The notes below the pieces were generated by a model. That model was not told the origin of the DNA and searched no databases. It saw only the letters and a list, made by a program, of their open reading frames with translations. Of a stretch of 64,000 nt of DNA, positions 47,862 through 58,851 are shown piece by piece. Every line of letters starts with the position of its first letter. Position 1 is the first letter of the stretch. The stretch spans positions 1,600 through 65,599 of the forward strand of contig CAZSNS010000004.1 in the NCBI GenBank assembly GCA_964608515.1, given 5' to 3'. The DNA comes from Candidatus Hadarchaeota archaeon (GTDB lineage: Archaea > Hadarchaeota > Hadarchaeia > Hadarchaeales > JAGGTB01). A program made the translations under genes and the position numbers.

Positions 47862-49679
47862 TTAAATCAAGTCTTCCATATTTAGTTCTTCCAGTTTTTC
47901 TTTAGTAGGTCCGGTCTTATCCCAGCCTCGAATTTTGTAATATTTATCGATTGTTTTTTGCAAATCTTTTTCAGGCACGGTTTTATTTGCACTAGAGCCT
48001 TGGGGCATTGGTTCTTCGAATCTTTTCGGCAAGTGGTCTTTTTCCTTTCCAATACCTTCTCTGCTTGCGAGCATTTTCAAGAGGTTGATGTTACGTTCGC
48101 CGATTTTCAACATCTCTTCTTTTCCGATTTCCATTCCGGTCGCTGCTTCGTGTATTTCCCGAATCTCTGGATAGGTATAGGCTCCATTGGAGTAAGCTAC
48201 CCAAGCTGTATAAGCACAAACGATAGAGGAGTTTGAGAAAGATACTACTTCTTCATAAATTTTGCAAAATTCTGGTTTTGATTCTAGATCAAATCTGTCA
48301 ATAGGTTCTTCAATTTCTAATTCCTCAGGATGAGTCTTGAAAGTATCATGTAAAACTTCCATATGATTAGCCCCTCTAGGAGTAACCGAATAGGTCAAAG
48401 CCAACGCGTTCTTACCCCGCGGCTCGTGCATCGGAATTTCTTGACCTTTTACCTCCATTGCAAAATCAGCATCGACTTTCTCAGAAACTTTATCGATCCC
48501 ATTGGCTAACATATCACCAATACCTTCACGATGTGCGATTTTATCAACCAATTCAACCATCTTTTCCGCGTCTCCCCACTCAATATCTTCATCAATCAAC
48601 CCTTTTTCCGAAGCTTCCATCGCAAAAGCAATGGTATCACCCGTACTAATAGTGTCCAAACTATAACGGTTACATTTTTGATTAGCCAAAGCAATAGCGT
48701 CCAAATTATCATTCATACACAAAGAACCAAAAGCTCCAATGGTCTCATATTCAGGACCGCCGTATTTTTCCTCAACTTTCTCTTCATTGAATTGGGTTTT
48801 TACCACTCTTTTACATCTAACTGGGCATCCTGCACAAGTGTCTCTTTCTTCTAGGATTTTTTTGTACATTTCCTCGCCGCTAATTTTTTCTGCGCCGTCA
48901 AAAACTCCTTCTTGAAAATTTTTAGTAGGTAAGACACCCGTTTCGTTCAAACTGGTGACAACACCAGAGGAACCGTATTTTCCCCACTCGATCGCTGGAG
49001 ATAATTTTTCCACATATTCCGAACGGATTTCTTTCAACTTCTCTTCATCGTCAATGGGCTTATCTAAGTTCCCGTCGACTAGAACGGCTTTTAATTTTTT
49101 TGAACCCATTACGGCGCCAAATCCTGGTCTTCCTGCTGCTCTATTTCTATCATTTATTACGCAAGCAAATTTGACTAGGTTTTCTCCTCCGATTCCAATA
49201 CTTGAAACTCTCCCACCGTCATGCTTATCCTTAAGTTCCTTTTCGGTTTCAGCGACATCCTTACCCCAAAGATTCTCAGCGTCGTGAATATGCCCTTCAC
49301 CATCAATCAAAGTTACATATTTCGGAGAGTCAGCTTTTCCCCTAACAATAATTCCATCATATCCTGACTGTCCAATTTGATGAGCGAAGAAACCACCCGC
49401 ATAAGAATCATTCACACTACTAGTTTTTGGAGACTTAGCCATAACCACATGCCTACCGGCACCAGGTACTCCGGTCCCTTGAAGAGGACCAGTTGCAAAA
49501 ATTAGAATATTTTCCTCACCTAGAGGGTCTTCTCCACCTTCTAACTCTTCCCAGAGTATTCTGGCACCAAGTCCACGTCCTCCTAGGTATTTTTCTATCC
49601 ATTCTTCTGGAATATTATAGTCCTGAATTTCATTATCGGAAAGATTTATATCTAAAAATTTTCCAAATAATCCTTTCAC
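47862..49679 (-). CDS. aor: tungsten-containing aldehyde:ferredoxin oxidoreductase family
   Basis: 605 aa. Close block similarity to P. furiosus AOR (FGKFLDINLS..., RNRAAGRPGFGAVMGSKKLKA, EPMPQGSSANKTV, KYYKIRGWDKTG). Confidence 0.8.
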   Translation of the reverse strand: MKGLFGKFLDINLSDNEIQDYNIPEEWIEKYLGGRGLGARILWEELEGGEDPLGEENILIFATGPLQGTGVPGAGRHVVMAKSPKTSSVNDSYAGGFFAHQIGQSGYDGIIVRGKADSPKYVTLIDGEGHIHDAENLWGKDVAETEKELKDKHDGGRVSSIGIGGENLVKFACVINDRNRAAGRPGFGAVMGSKKLKAVLVDGNLDKPIDDEEKLKEIRSEYVEKLSPAIEWGKYGSSGVVTSLNETGVLPTKNFQEGVFDGAEKISGEEMYKKILEERDTCAGCPVRCKRVVKTQFNEEKVEEKYGGPEYETIGAFGSLCMNDNLDAIALANQKCNRYSLDTISTGDTIAFAMEASEKGLIDEDIEWGDAEKMVELVDKIAHREGIGDMLANGIDKVSEKVDADFAMEVKGQEIPMHEPRGKNALALTYSVTPRGANHMEVLHDTFKTHPEELEIEEPIDRFDLESKPEFCKIYEEVVSFSNSSIVCAYTAWVAYSNGAYTYPEIREIHEAATGMEIGKEEMLKIGERNINLLKMLASREGIGKEKDHLPKRFEEPMPQGSSANKTVPEKDLQKTIDKYYKIRGWDKTGPTKEKLEELNMEDLI

Positions 49680-49756
49680 TTTACCCCGATAAAGAATTGT
49701 TTTACCGCAGATTTTAAGTTTTGTTCGAAATCAATTCCCGATTTTTTGGATAAGGT

Positions 49757-50383
49757 TCACTTTTTTTTCAAATAGTTGATTATGGTTGAGTGTTCTTCTT
49801 CGCCTATTTTTGTGCTTTCTTTTAAGTAGTCGACTAGTTCTGTGATGGTGTAGCATGAGTGTAGTTTTATATCATCTTTCTCTAGTTTTTCTTTAGCTCC
49901 TTCTTCTCTATCCAGTATGACTACTGCGTGGTTTACCTTTCCTCCTTCCTCTCTTACGGTTTCAGCCGCTTCCTTTATGCTCCCACCAGTTGTAGTGACA
50001 TCATCTACGAGAATTAATTCTCCTTCTTGGAATTTTCCTTCTATTCCTTTCTTTCGCCCGTGAGATTTTTCCTTCTTCCTGACATAGAGAAGTGGTAAAC
50101 GTAATTTTTGACTTATCAAAGTCGCAATAGGTAGTCCCGCAGTAGGCACTCCTGCAATTTTGAAATAATCTTTTTTTATTTCTTCTCTAATCATATCGGC
50201 ACAAACATCTGTAACCTTATCAAACAAGTTTGGATGAGAAGGCATCACCCTCAAATCCACATAATAAGGACTAGTTTTTCCAGAGGTAAGAGTAAATTCT
50301 CCAAACTTAATACCGTCAATCTCATACAAACTAATCGCTATACCTTTCTTTCTCCCAATACTTTCTCTAGAATCATCACTCAT
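49757..50383 (-). CDS. pyrE: orotate phosphoribosyltransferase
   Basis: LILVDDVTTTGGSI PRPP motif. Pyrimidine cluster. Confidence 0.75.
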   Translation of the reverse strand: MSDDSRESIGRKKGIAISLYEIDGIKFGEFTLTSGKTSPYYVDLRVMPSHPNLFDKVTDVCADMIREEIKKDYFKIAGVPTAGLPIATLISQKLRLPLLYVRKKEKSHGRKKGIEGKFQEGELILVDDVTTTGGSIKEAAETVREEGGKVNHAVVILDREEGAKEKLEKDDIKLHSCYTITELVDYLKESTKIGEEEHSTIINYLKKK

Positions 50384-50389
50384 CTAAAA

Positions 50390-51124
50390 TCACTCTTCCA
50401 AAGTTTCGTTAATCTCATCCCTAATCCTAGCAGCAGAACCCCCAGGAGAATCAGAAGTATAAATAGCTCTCCCAACAATCTCATAATCCGCACCAAACCT
50501 AATAGCATCACCAGCCTTACCACCCTGCGCACCAATCCCAGGAGTCAAAATCAACAAATCATCACCAGCCCTAGAACGCAAATCCCTAACTTGCTCAGGC
50601 CTCGTGGCCGGGCCGATTATTCCTGTTGCGTTTACTTCTTTGGATAAGTCTAGGAGTTGATCGCTCACTGGTTGGATAAATTGTTCTCCTCCTGGGTGTG
50701 ACATATTTGAAACTACGAAGACTCCTTTTCCGTCTTCTTGTTTTGCGGCTTGGATTATTGCTTCAAGGCTGTCTTTTCCTGTAAATCCATGGCTAATTAC
50801 TGCGTTTGCTCCTGCATTGTATGCTCTTTTGGCGATTTGTTGGCTAATATGAGGTACATCTGCAATTTTGAAATCTGAGATTATTGGAATGGAAGTTTTT
50901 TGACTTATTTCTGTGATAATTTCTATTCCTGTGTTTAGGACAAGTGAATAACCTATTTTCACTCCAGCAATATAGTTGGAAGTTTCTTCTAACACATCTA
51001 GGCATTTTTCTCTTACTTTCTTTTTGCCAGTGTTTTCTTCGGAGACATCAAGGGCTAGGATTAGTCTTGAATCGTTGGCTTCAGTCTTTTCTTTAAATGT
51101 TTCTCTAAATTTTTCTCCGACCAA
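50390..51124 (-). CDS. pyrF: orotidine-5'-phosphate decarboxylase
   Basis: RLILALDV and the IISDFKIADVP lysine block. Confidence 0.7.
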   Translation of the reverse strand: MVGEKFRETFKEKTEANDSRLILALDVSEENTGKKKVREKCLDVLEETSNYIAGVKIGYSLVLNTGIEIITEISQKTSIPIISDFKIADVPHISQQIAKRAYNAGANAVISHGFTGKDSLEAIIQAAKQEDGKGVFVVSNMSHPGGEQFIQPVSDQLLDLSKEVNATGIIGPATRPEQVRDLRSRAGDDLLILTPGIGAQGGKAGDAIRFGADYEIVGRAIYTSDSPGGSAARIRDEINETLEE

Positions 51125-51130
51125 TTTTAC

Positions 51131-51604
51131 CTACTCCGAGAATTGATCGAACAGCTCATCTTCTTCCGTTATTCTTTCACAATAGGTACATCGTAAACTT
51201 ATCGGTGTTTCGCTAACTACTTCAAATTTTAGTTGCGTTGGTTCGGAAGTGTTGGTAATACATGCTGGATTAGAGCATTCCACAACGCCTTCGATTATTT
51301 CAGGAAGTTCAACTTCCTTCTTTTCCACGACTTCATAGTTTTCAATTACGTTGATTGTAGCGGTCGGCGCTACCAAAGCTATTTGGTTAACCTCTTCCTC
51401 TTCCAGCTCTCGACCTTCGATTTTTACAATATCTTTTTCACCGAGCTCTTGACTAGGCACGTTCATCAAAACCGAAACAGTATCTTCAGCGCCTGGAGTT
51501 ATTCCTAAAATCTCTAAAACAGTCAAAGCTCTCCCTGACGGTATATGATCAATTACGGTTCCAGCCTCAATCTTGCTAACTCTCAATTTTTCTTTATCTA
51601 CCAT
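51131..51604 (-). CDS. pyrI: aspartate carbamoyltransferase regulatory subunit
   Basis: 157 aa. C-terminal Zn domain CSNPACIT...CTYCE. Confidence 0.8.
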   Translation of the reverse strand: MVDKEKLRVSKIEAGTVIDHIPSGRALTVLEILGITPGAEDTVSVLMNVPSQELGEKDIVKIEGRELEEEEVNQIALVAPTATINVIENYEVVEKKEVELPEIIEGVVECSNPACITNTSEPTQLKFEVVSETPISLRCTYCERITEEDELFDQFSE

Positions 51605-51608
51605 GTTA

Positions 51609-52550
<942 letters not shown>

Positions 52551-52592
52551 TTATTTTAATTAAATATTTCCACTCAATCTAAAAGGGGTAGT

Positions 52593-53891
52593 TTGAAAAA
52601 AGTTGACCTTTGTCTCAAAAACGGGAAAATTCCCACATCTAACTCTTTGGTAGAAGCGGGAATAGCAATTGACGAAGGAAAAATAGTTTCCATATCTAAG
52701 AAATCCTCCTTGCCCGACTCTGAGGAAACAATTGATGTTGAGGGGAAACTCATTCTTCCTGGAGTGGTAGATACTCATGTTCACTTTCGAGACCCTGGGT
52801 TTCCTGAGAAAGAAGATTTTTCAACTGGTTCTAAAGCTGCGGCAGCTGGAGGGGTTACAACGGTTTGTGATATGCCTAATACGTCTCCGAAGACAGATAG
52901 TCGTGAAAAATTTAGAGAAAAAAAAGCGATAGGAGATAAGAAATCTTATATCGACTTCGGTTTGCATGGGATGTTTACTTCCGCCATTAAAGAGGGAAAA
53001 AAATTACTTGAAGAGGGTGCGGTTTCTCTAAAACTTTACCCGGAGATTTGTGACGATTCTAAAATTTCCGAAGTTAGCGATGAGCAAGCAATAATTACAA
53101 TCCATCCTGAAGATCCGACTTTTTTGAGTGAAGGGCAGAACTCGGGCGATGTTGATGACTTTGTTGAATCTCGACCGGATAAGGCTGAGGTTTCGGAGAT
53201 ATTTAGAATATTGAGTATGGTTTCGAACTTTCAGCCTCATTTTTGCCATATTACAACTGAAGAGTCGCTAAGCGTTATTACCAGAGCTAAATCCGATAAG
53301 GGTATTTCTTGTGAAGTGACTCCTCATCATTTGTTCTTAGATCGTTCACATCTTAGAAAATTTGGACCTATTGCGAAGACGTATCCTCCTGTGCGTTCCG
53401 AATTTGATAGGGAGAAACTTTTGTCCGGACTTGAAATGGGTCTTATAGATATTGTAGCTACTGATCACGCTCCTCATACTCTTGAAGGGAAGGAAAAAGA
53501 CATGATTAAAGCCCCTCCTGGAATAGCGGGTATAGAAACGTCACTTCCTCTCCTTTTTACACTGGTGGAGAAAGGCAAACTTTCCCTGTCTAGACTGATA
53601 GAATCGATGTGTTTGGAACCTGCTAGAATTTTCGGACTAAAAAATGAAAACGGTATCCAAAAAGGTGTTTTAAAGCCGGGTGCAGATGCAGATATCGTGG
53701 TTTTAAATCAAAACAAGACTTGGAAAATAAAAGGTAAAGACTTACACGGAAAAACCAAATTCACACCATTTGAAGGTAGAAAAGTCAATGGCAAACCAGA
53801 ACTCACCCTAGTAAGAGGAGAAAAGGTGTACCAGAAAGGAAAAATAGTAGGTGAAAAAGGAAATGGAAAATTCATCCCCCGTAGAACATAA
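52593..53891 (+). CDS. pyrC: dihydroorotase (TTG start per track)
   Basis: VDTHVHFRDPG metal-binding motif and the DHAPH block. Confidence 0.7.
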   Translation: MKKVDLCLKNGKIPTSNSLVEAGIAIDEGKIVSISKKSSLPDSEETIDVEGKLILPGVVDTHVHFRDPGFPEKEDFSTGSKAAAAGGVTTVCDMPNTSPKTDSREKFREKKAIGDKKSYIDFGLHGMFTSAIKEGKKLLEEGAVSLKLYPEICDDSKISEVSDEQAIITIHPEDPTFLSEGQNSGDVDDFVESRPDKAEVSEIFRILSMVSNFQPHFCHITTEESLSVITRAKSDKGISCEVTPHHLFLDRSHLRKFGPIAKTYPPVRSEFDREKLLSGLEMGLIDIVATDHAPHTLEGKEKDMIKAPPGIAGIETSLPLLFTLVEKGKLSLSRLIESMCLEPARIFGLKNENGIQKGVLKPGADADIVVLNQNKTWKIKGKDLHGKTKFTPFEGRKVNGKPELTLVRGEKVYQKGKIVGEKGNGKFIPRRT

Positions 53892-54681
53892 GCCAACAGT
53901 AGTACCCATAAACAATATTGTGAAAGAAACCCCCAAAATCAGAACAATTTACACAAAAGCACCAAAAATCACCTCCACAACAACTCCAGGACAATTCATA
54001 ATGGTATGGGTAATAGGAGAAGACGAAATCCCAATGGCCGTCTCAACCGCTGAAGAGGATGGAACTGTCAGCTTTTCAGCCGAAAAAATAGGAGACGCAA
54101 CAACAAAACTTCATAAACTGGAAGAAGGCGACCTCGTAGGACTTCGAGGGCCTTATGGAAATGGGTTTGACTTGTCCGGAGAAAAATTGTTAATGATTGG
54201 TGGAGGTTGTGGAATGGCACCCCTTGCCATTACCGCTGAGAGAGCGGTGGAAAAGGGTAAAGATGTTACGGTTATAATATCGGCTGAGTCCGAAGAGGAT
54301 CTTTTGTTTAAATCAAGGATTGAGAGCTTAGATGCGGAATTATTGCTTGGTACTGAGGATGGTTCCGCAGGAGTTGAAGGTGTTACCACGGACGTTTTAC
54401 GACAGGAATTACCGGAGGAAGATTATGATTCTTGCTTAATTTGCGGGCCAGAACGGATGATGGTTGCAACTGCTGAGTTTATTGAAGAAAGGGGTATTCC
54501 CTTGCAGATAAGTTTGAACAGGTATATGAAGTGCGGTTTTGGTCTTTGCGGGTCTTGTTCTTTGGACCCTTCGGGTTTGAGAGTTTGTGAGGAAGGTCCT
54601 GTTTTTACCTATGAGGAGATTAAAGATTCGGAGTTTGGAGAATATAAGAGGGATGCGGCCGGTAGGAAAACTGAAGTTTAA
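53851..54681 (+). CDS. pyrK: dihydroorotate dehydrogenase electron-transfer subunit (FAD/2Fe-2S)
   Basis: C-terminal CGFGLCGSC cluster and a ferredoxin-reductase-like fold. The 5' end overlaps pyrC; the real start may be the ATG at 53863. Confidence 0.7.
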   Translation: MKKEMENSSPVEHKPTVVPINNIVKETPKIRTIYTKAPKITSTTTPGQFIMVWVIGEDEIPMAVSTAEEDGTVSFSAEKIGDATTKLHKLEEGDLVGLRGPYGNGFDLSGEKLLMIGGGCGMAPLAITAERAVEKGKDVTVIISAESEEDLLFKSRIESLDAELLLGTEDGSAGVEGVTTDVLRQELPEEDYDSCLICGPERMMVATAEFIEERGIPLQISLNRYMKCGFGLCGSCSLDPSGLRVCEEGPVFTYEEIKDSEFGEYKRDAAGRKTEV

Positions 54682-54684
54682 TTT

Positions 54685-55587
54685 TTAGTGAGCTTCTCCT
54701 ACTAGGTTTTCTATTTTTTTGGTTTGGATTTTTTCTTTTGCTTCTTCGCAAACTTTTTCGAAAATTTTTAAATCTCTCTGCATTATTCCGGTTCCTATTT
54801 CTACTGCTGAGGCTCCTGCGAGAATATATTCTAGCATATCTTCGCCTGTTGTTATTCCGCCTGCTCCTATTATCGGAATATTTGTTTCCTCAAAAACTTC
54901 ATAAACTAGACGGACTCCTACAGGTTTTATTGCGGGACCTGATAGTCCTCCTGTTTTATGTCCTAGAACTGGTTTTTTGGCTGTGGTGTCTATTGTCATT
55001 CCTGGCAAAGTATTTGTTAAAACGATAGCGTTAGCTCCAGCTTTCTCAACTGCTTTCGCCACATCTACCAGGTTAGGAATATGCGTGTTTCCGGGTAGTT
55101 TTGCCCATATCGGAATATCGTAATTTTTACTGATTTTCGTTATTTTTCCAGCAAGTTCGGGATTTTGCCCGATTAGTGATAATCCTTCTGCGTGAGGGCA
55201 GGAAAGATTTAACTCTACGGCGTTAACTTTAGCTTCAATCATTTTTTCTGCTAGTTCTTCGAAATCTTTCCGATTTTCTCCGAAAATACTTCCAATAACT
55301 GTTCTTCCCTCCCCCTTCACTGATTCAATTTCTTCCATCATGTTTTCTATTCCTGGATTTGGAAGACCCATTGCATTGAGTAATCCGCAAGGAGTTCCCA
55401 CGACATTCGGACCCTTATAACCCTCTTTTGGTTGGAGACCTACAGTTTTGGTGATGACTCCGCCGGCTCCGGATTTCCAGACTCTTTCTAGGTTTGCTCC
55501 TGTTTGCCCTAGGATTCCTGCGGCTAGAAGTGTTGGGTTTCTAAGTTCAAGATCACCCACGTTTACGGATAGATCGATTTCTGACAT
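54685..55587 (-). CDS. pyrD: dihydroorotate dehydrogenase catalytic subunit (class 1B)
   Basis: 300 aa. NPTLLAAG, GAGG.TKTV, NLSCPH blocks. Confidence 0.8.
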   Translation of the reverse strand: MSEIDLSVNVGDLELRNPTLLAAGILGQTGANLERVWKSGAGGVITKTVGLQPKEGYKGPNVVGTPCGLLNAMGLPNPGIENMMEEIESVKGEGRTVIGSIFGENRKDFEELAEKMIEAKVNAVELNLSCPHAEGLSLIGQNPELAGKITKISKNYDIPIWAKLPGNTHIPNLVDVAKAVEKAGANAIVLTNTLPGMTIDTTAKKPVLGHKTGGLSGPAIKPVGVRLVYEVFEETNIPIIGAGGITTGEDMLEYILAGASAVEIGTGIMQRDLKIFEKVCEEAKEKIQTKKIENLVGEAH

Positions 55588-55680
55588 CCATTTTTTTATT
55601 TATTTCATGTTCCTAATAGTTTCTTTAATAGGAAATTCTGCGGAAATTTTTTAGGTAGGTTTTACATCAATCTTTTCTGT

Positions 55681-57384
55681 ATGACGAGATTCTTATTTGT
55701 AACCGGGGGCGTACTTTCAGGGATAGGAAAAGGCGCCGTTGCGGCATCAGTAGGAAAGGCATTCCAATTTCGAAGTCTAGATGTTGACATGATTAAGATA
55801 GATCCTTACTTGAATGTTGATCCAGGAACTCTCAACCCGATAGAGCATGGTGAGGTTTTCGTTACTGATGATGCGTGGGATTTTCAACCATCTCAAGATT
55901 CCTCGTTTACAATTGCTGAAATAGATCAGGATTTCGGAACTTACGAAAGATTTCTAGACAAAACGATGCATCCGAGAAATAATATAACCAGCGGACAGGT
56001 TTACCTGTCGGTTTTGTTGCAAGAGAGAGCTGGAAGTTATCTAGGTAGAACAGTACAAATAATTCCTCACATTACGGACGAGATAAAAGATAGAGTAAGA
56101 GCAGTGGCAGAAAGAAATGATCCCGATATACTAATCTCGGAAATAGGAGGAACAGTAGGAGATATAGAAGCAAGTCCTTTCCTAGAAGCCATTAGACAGC
56201 TAAGAATAGAAGAAACTGACGATTCAACCGGTCTTATTCATGTAACTCTAGTTCCATACTTGGAAACTATCGGCCAATTGAAAACAAAACCCACCCAACA
56301 TAGCGTTAAAACTTTGCTTTCAGCAGGACTGCAGCCAGATATGATAGTTGGAAGGAGTGATAGAGAACTTTCCGACACCGCTCAAGAAAAAATAAGCCTA
56401 TACGGCAATGTTCCTAAAGAAGCTGTGATTTCAGATCCCAGAATGGATGTTCTTTACGAACTTCCGTTGCTGTTTGAGAAACAAGGTGTGGGGGACTATC
56501 TTTGTGATATTTTAAGGATTCGAGCGAGAACTCCTGAGATTTCGGATTGGGAGGAGACTGTTCAGGAATTCAAGGAAGCTGATGAAGAGGTCCGTATAGC
56601 TATGCCTGGTAAGTATACTCAAATTCTAGACAGTTACATTAGTATTAATAATGCTTTGAAACATTCTGCAGCGAAGCATGGTGTTGATTTAAGTATAGAA
56701 TTTGTTGATACGGAACCTTTTGAGGAGAACCCATCTAAGCTGGAAGTTTTAGAGCAATATGATGGTGTAGTGTTGACGCCAGGATTTGGAACACGAGGAG
56801 CTGAGGGTATGATTAAAGCCTCTAGAAAGGTTTTATCTACAAATATTCCGTTTTTGGGTATTTGTTTCGGCGCGCAATTACTTTTCATCGCTTATTGTCG
56901 AGAAAAAGGTTTAGAAAATGCCAATAGTACTGAAGTTGATTCTGACACTCCACATCCTGTCGTAGATTTACTGCCCGAGCAGAAAGAAATCTCCAAAAAA
57001 GGAGGAACTATGAGGTTAGGTGGACAGGAGGTTATAATTAAACCAGGTACAAGAATGCACGAAGCGTATGATAAGAAAAAAGTCGTAGAACGTTTCCGTC
57101 ATAGATACCATCTCATACCCGAATATGTAGAGCGGATGAAAGATGAAGGCTTAATACTTTCCGGAACAGATGAGGAAGGAAGAATTGTCAACGTTGTTGA
57201 GATGGAAGGGGATCATTGGGTAGTGGGGGTTCAGTTCCATCCTGAATTTACCTCACGTCCTGGTAATCCAAATCCGGTTTACCTTTCCTTTGTAGAGGCT
57301 GCATTGAAGAATAAGAGAGAATCCGGGTCTAAAAAATCCGGAAAATCAGGCGATGATTTAGGAATAAAGAGTGTTGAACCCTGA
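55681..57384 (+). CDS. pyrG: CTP synthase
   Basis: 567 aa. N-terminal [13 protein letters not shown] and a C-terminal GATase GICFGAQ. Confidence 0.85.
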   Translation: MTRFLFVTGGVLSGIGKGAVAASVGKAFQFRSLDVDMIKIDPYLNVDPGTLNPIEHGEVFVTDDAWDFQPSQDSSFTIAEIDQDFGTYERFLDKTMHPRNNITSGQVYLSVLLQERAGSYLGRTVQIIPHITDEIKDRVRAVAERNDPDILISEIGGTVGDIEASPFLEAIRQLRIEETDDSTGLIHVTLVPYLETIGQLKTKPTQHSVKTLLSAGLQPDMIVGRSDRELSDTAQEKISLYGNVPKEAVISDPRMDVLYELPLLFEKQGVGDYLCDILRIRARTPEISDWEETVQEFKEADEEVRIAMPGKYTQILDSYISINNALKHSAAKHGVDLSIEFVDTEPFEENPSKLEVLEQYDGVVLTPGFGTRGAEGMIKASRKVLSTNIPFLGICFGAQLLFIAYCREKGLENANSTEVDSDTPHPVVDLLPEQKEISKKGGTMRLGGQEVIIKPGTRMHEAYDKKKVVERFRHRYHLIPEYVERMKDEGLILSGTDEEGRIVNVVEMEGDHWVVGVQFHPEFTSRPGNPNPVYLSFVEAALKNKRESGSKKSGKSGDDLGIKSVEP

Positions 57385-57453
57385 GATACAATAGGATTTT
57401 ATTAACTTCATAAGTAATTTTTTAATAGATGGAACTAGCCTTAGGGGGATATT

Positions 57454-58200
57454 TTGAGTTCTATTGAGAAAGTTGCCAAAATTTTGAAAGATTCGGAAAC
57501 GGCTGTAGCTTTTACTGGAGCAGGCATTTCTACAGAAAGTGGTGTTCCTGATTTTAGAAGTCCTGGAGGAGTTTGGGATAGATTTGATCCGGACCTTTTC
57601 ACTATTCAAAAGCTGAAATCGGACCCTGAAGGTACTTGGGAGAAACTTGTCCAGGTTGGGGAAGAGATGATGGATGAGGAGATAAAACCAAATCCTGGAC
57701 ATTTAGCACTGGCAGATTTGGAAGAGTTAGGAATTTTGGAGGCAGTGATAACTCAAAATGTTGATAATTTGCATCAAGAAGCCGGAAATTCTCCTAATAA
57801 TGTGATAGAGGTTCATGGAAATTTGAGAAAATTAGAATGCATGAATTGTGGCGAGAGGAGAGACTTTTCGGAAGAATTAGAGGAAATACCGCCAACTTGC
57901 AATGATTGCAGTTCTATTATGAAACCGGCGGCAGTGTTATTCGGTGAACAATTACCTCAAGAAGCGTTGTTGAGGTCCCAATCACTTTCTGAGAAATCAG
58001 ACGCTTTTCTAGTTATTGGCTCATCTCTCACAGTCCAACCAGCAGCGTCTTTTCCTTCTAAAGCAGCTCAGACCGGTGCAGAGTTAATAATCGTAAATCG
58101 AGATCCCACACCACTAGACGACAAAGCAGAAGTTGTACTCCAAGGGAACGCGGGAGAAATTTTGCCGAAGATAGTCAAAAAAATCAAAGAACTCCAATAA
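57454..58200 (+). CDS. NAD-dependent protein deacylase Sir2
   Basis: GAGISTESGVPDFR, two CxxC zinc pairs, HG.L motif. Confidence 0.75.
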   Translation: MSSIEKVAKILKDSETAVAFTGAGISTESGVPDFRSPGGVWDRFDPDLFTIQKLKSDPEGTWEKLVQVGEEMMDEEIKPNPGHLALADLEELGILEAVITQNVDNLHQEAGNSPNNVIEVHGNLRKLECMNCGERRDFSEELEEIPPTCNDCSSIMKPAAVLFGEQLPQEALLRSQSLSEKSDAFLVIGSSLTVQPAASFPSKAAQTGAELIIVNRDPTPLDDKAEVVLQGNAGEILPKIVKKIKELQ

Positions 58201-58262
58201 AATAATGAAAAATGAACAATAGACATACTTATCAAGCTTAACGGAACCAAAAGAGGAGAAAA

Positions 58263-58769
58263 ATGATAAGAGAATTCAAAGGAAAAAAACCCGAAATAGC
58301 AGACTCAGCATACATAGACGAAAACGCCGTGGTAATAGGAGATGTGAAAATAGGAGAAGACAGCAGCGTGTGGCCGGGTGCGGTTATTCGTGGTGATGGT
58401 GGGCCTATAGAGATTGGGGAGGGGACTAGTATTCAGGATAATGCGGTTGTTCATGTGAATGTGGGGAGTTATTCGGAGATTGGTGATGGTTGTACTGTTG
58501 GTCATGGTGCGGTTGTTCATGGTCAGGAGGTTGGTGATAGGGTTCTCATTGGTATAAATGCGACGGTTTTGCAAGGGGTTAAAATTGGTAAAGAATCTAT
58601 CGTAGCTGCTAATAGTTTAGTTATGGAGGGTACGGAAATCGCTGAAAGATCTTTTGTAGCTGGTAGTCCTGCTGAAGTGAAGAAGCAGTTGGATGATGAT
58701 CAAGTTGGGAGAATAGAGTTGGCTTCTGATCATTACTCTGAGTTAGGTAAGGAATATATGTCAGAATAG
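58263..58769 (+). CDS. gamma-carbonic-anhydrase-like hexapeptide-repeat protein
   Basis: 168 aa left-handed beta-helix repeats. Family of ferripyochelin-binding/PaaY-like proteins. Confidence 0.6.
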   Translation: MIREFKGKKPEIADSAYIDENAVVIGDVKIGEDSSVWPGAVIRGDGGPIEIGEGTSIQDNAVVHVNVGSYSEIGDGCTVGHGAVVHGQEVGDRVLIGINATVLQGVKIGKESIVAANSLVMEGTEIAERSFVAGSPAEVKKQLDDDQVGRIELASDHYSELGKEYMSE

Positions 58770-58851
58770 GTTTAATTGGTTTTACTCTTTTCGTATTTTT
58801 CGAAATTATTTTTATTAAGAAGAAAGGTACACCTTCTACAAGAGGAGAAAG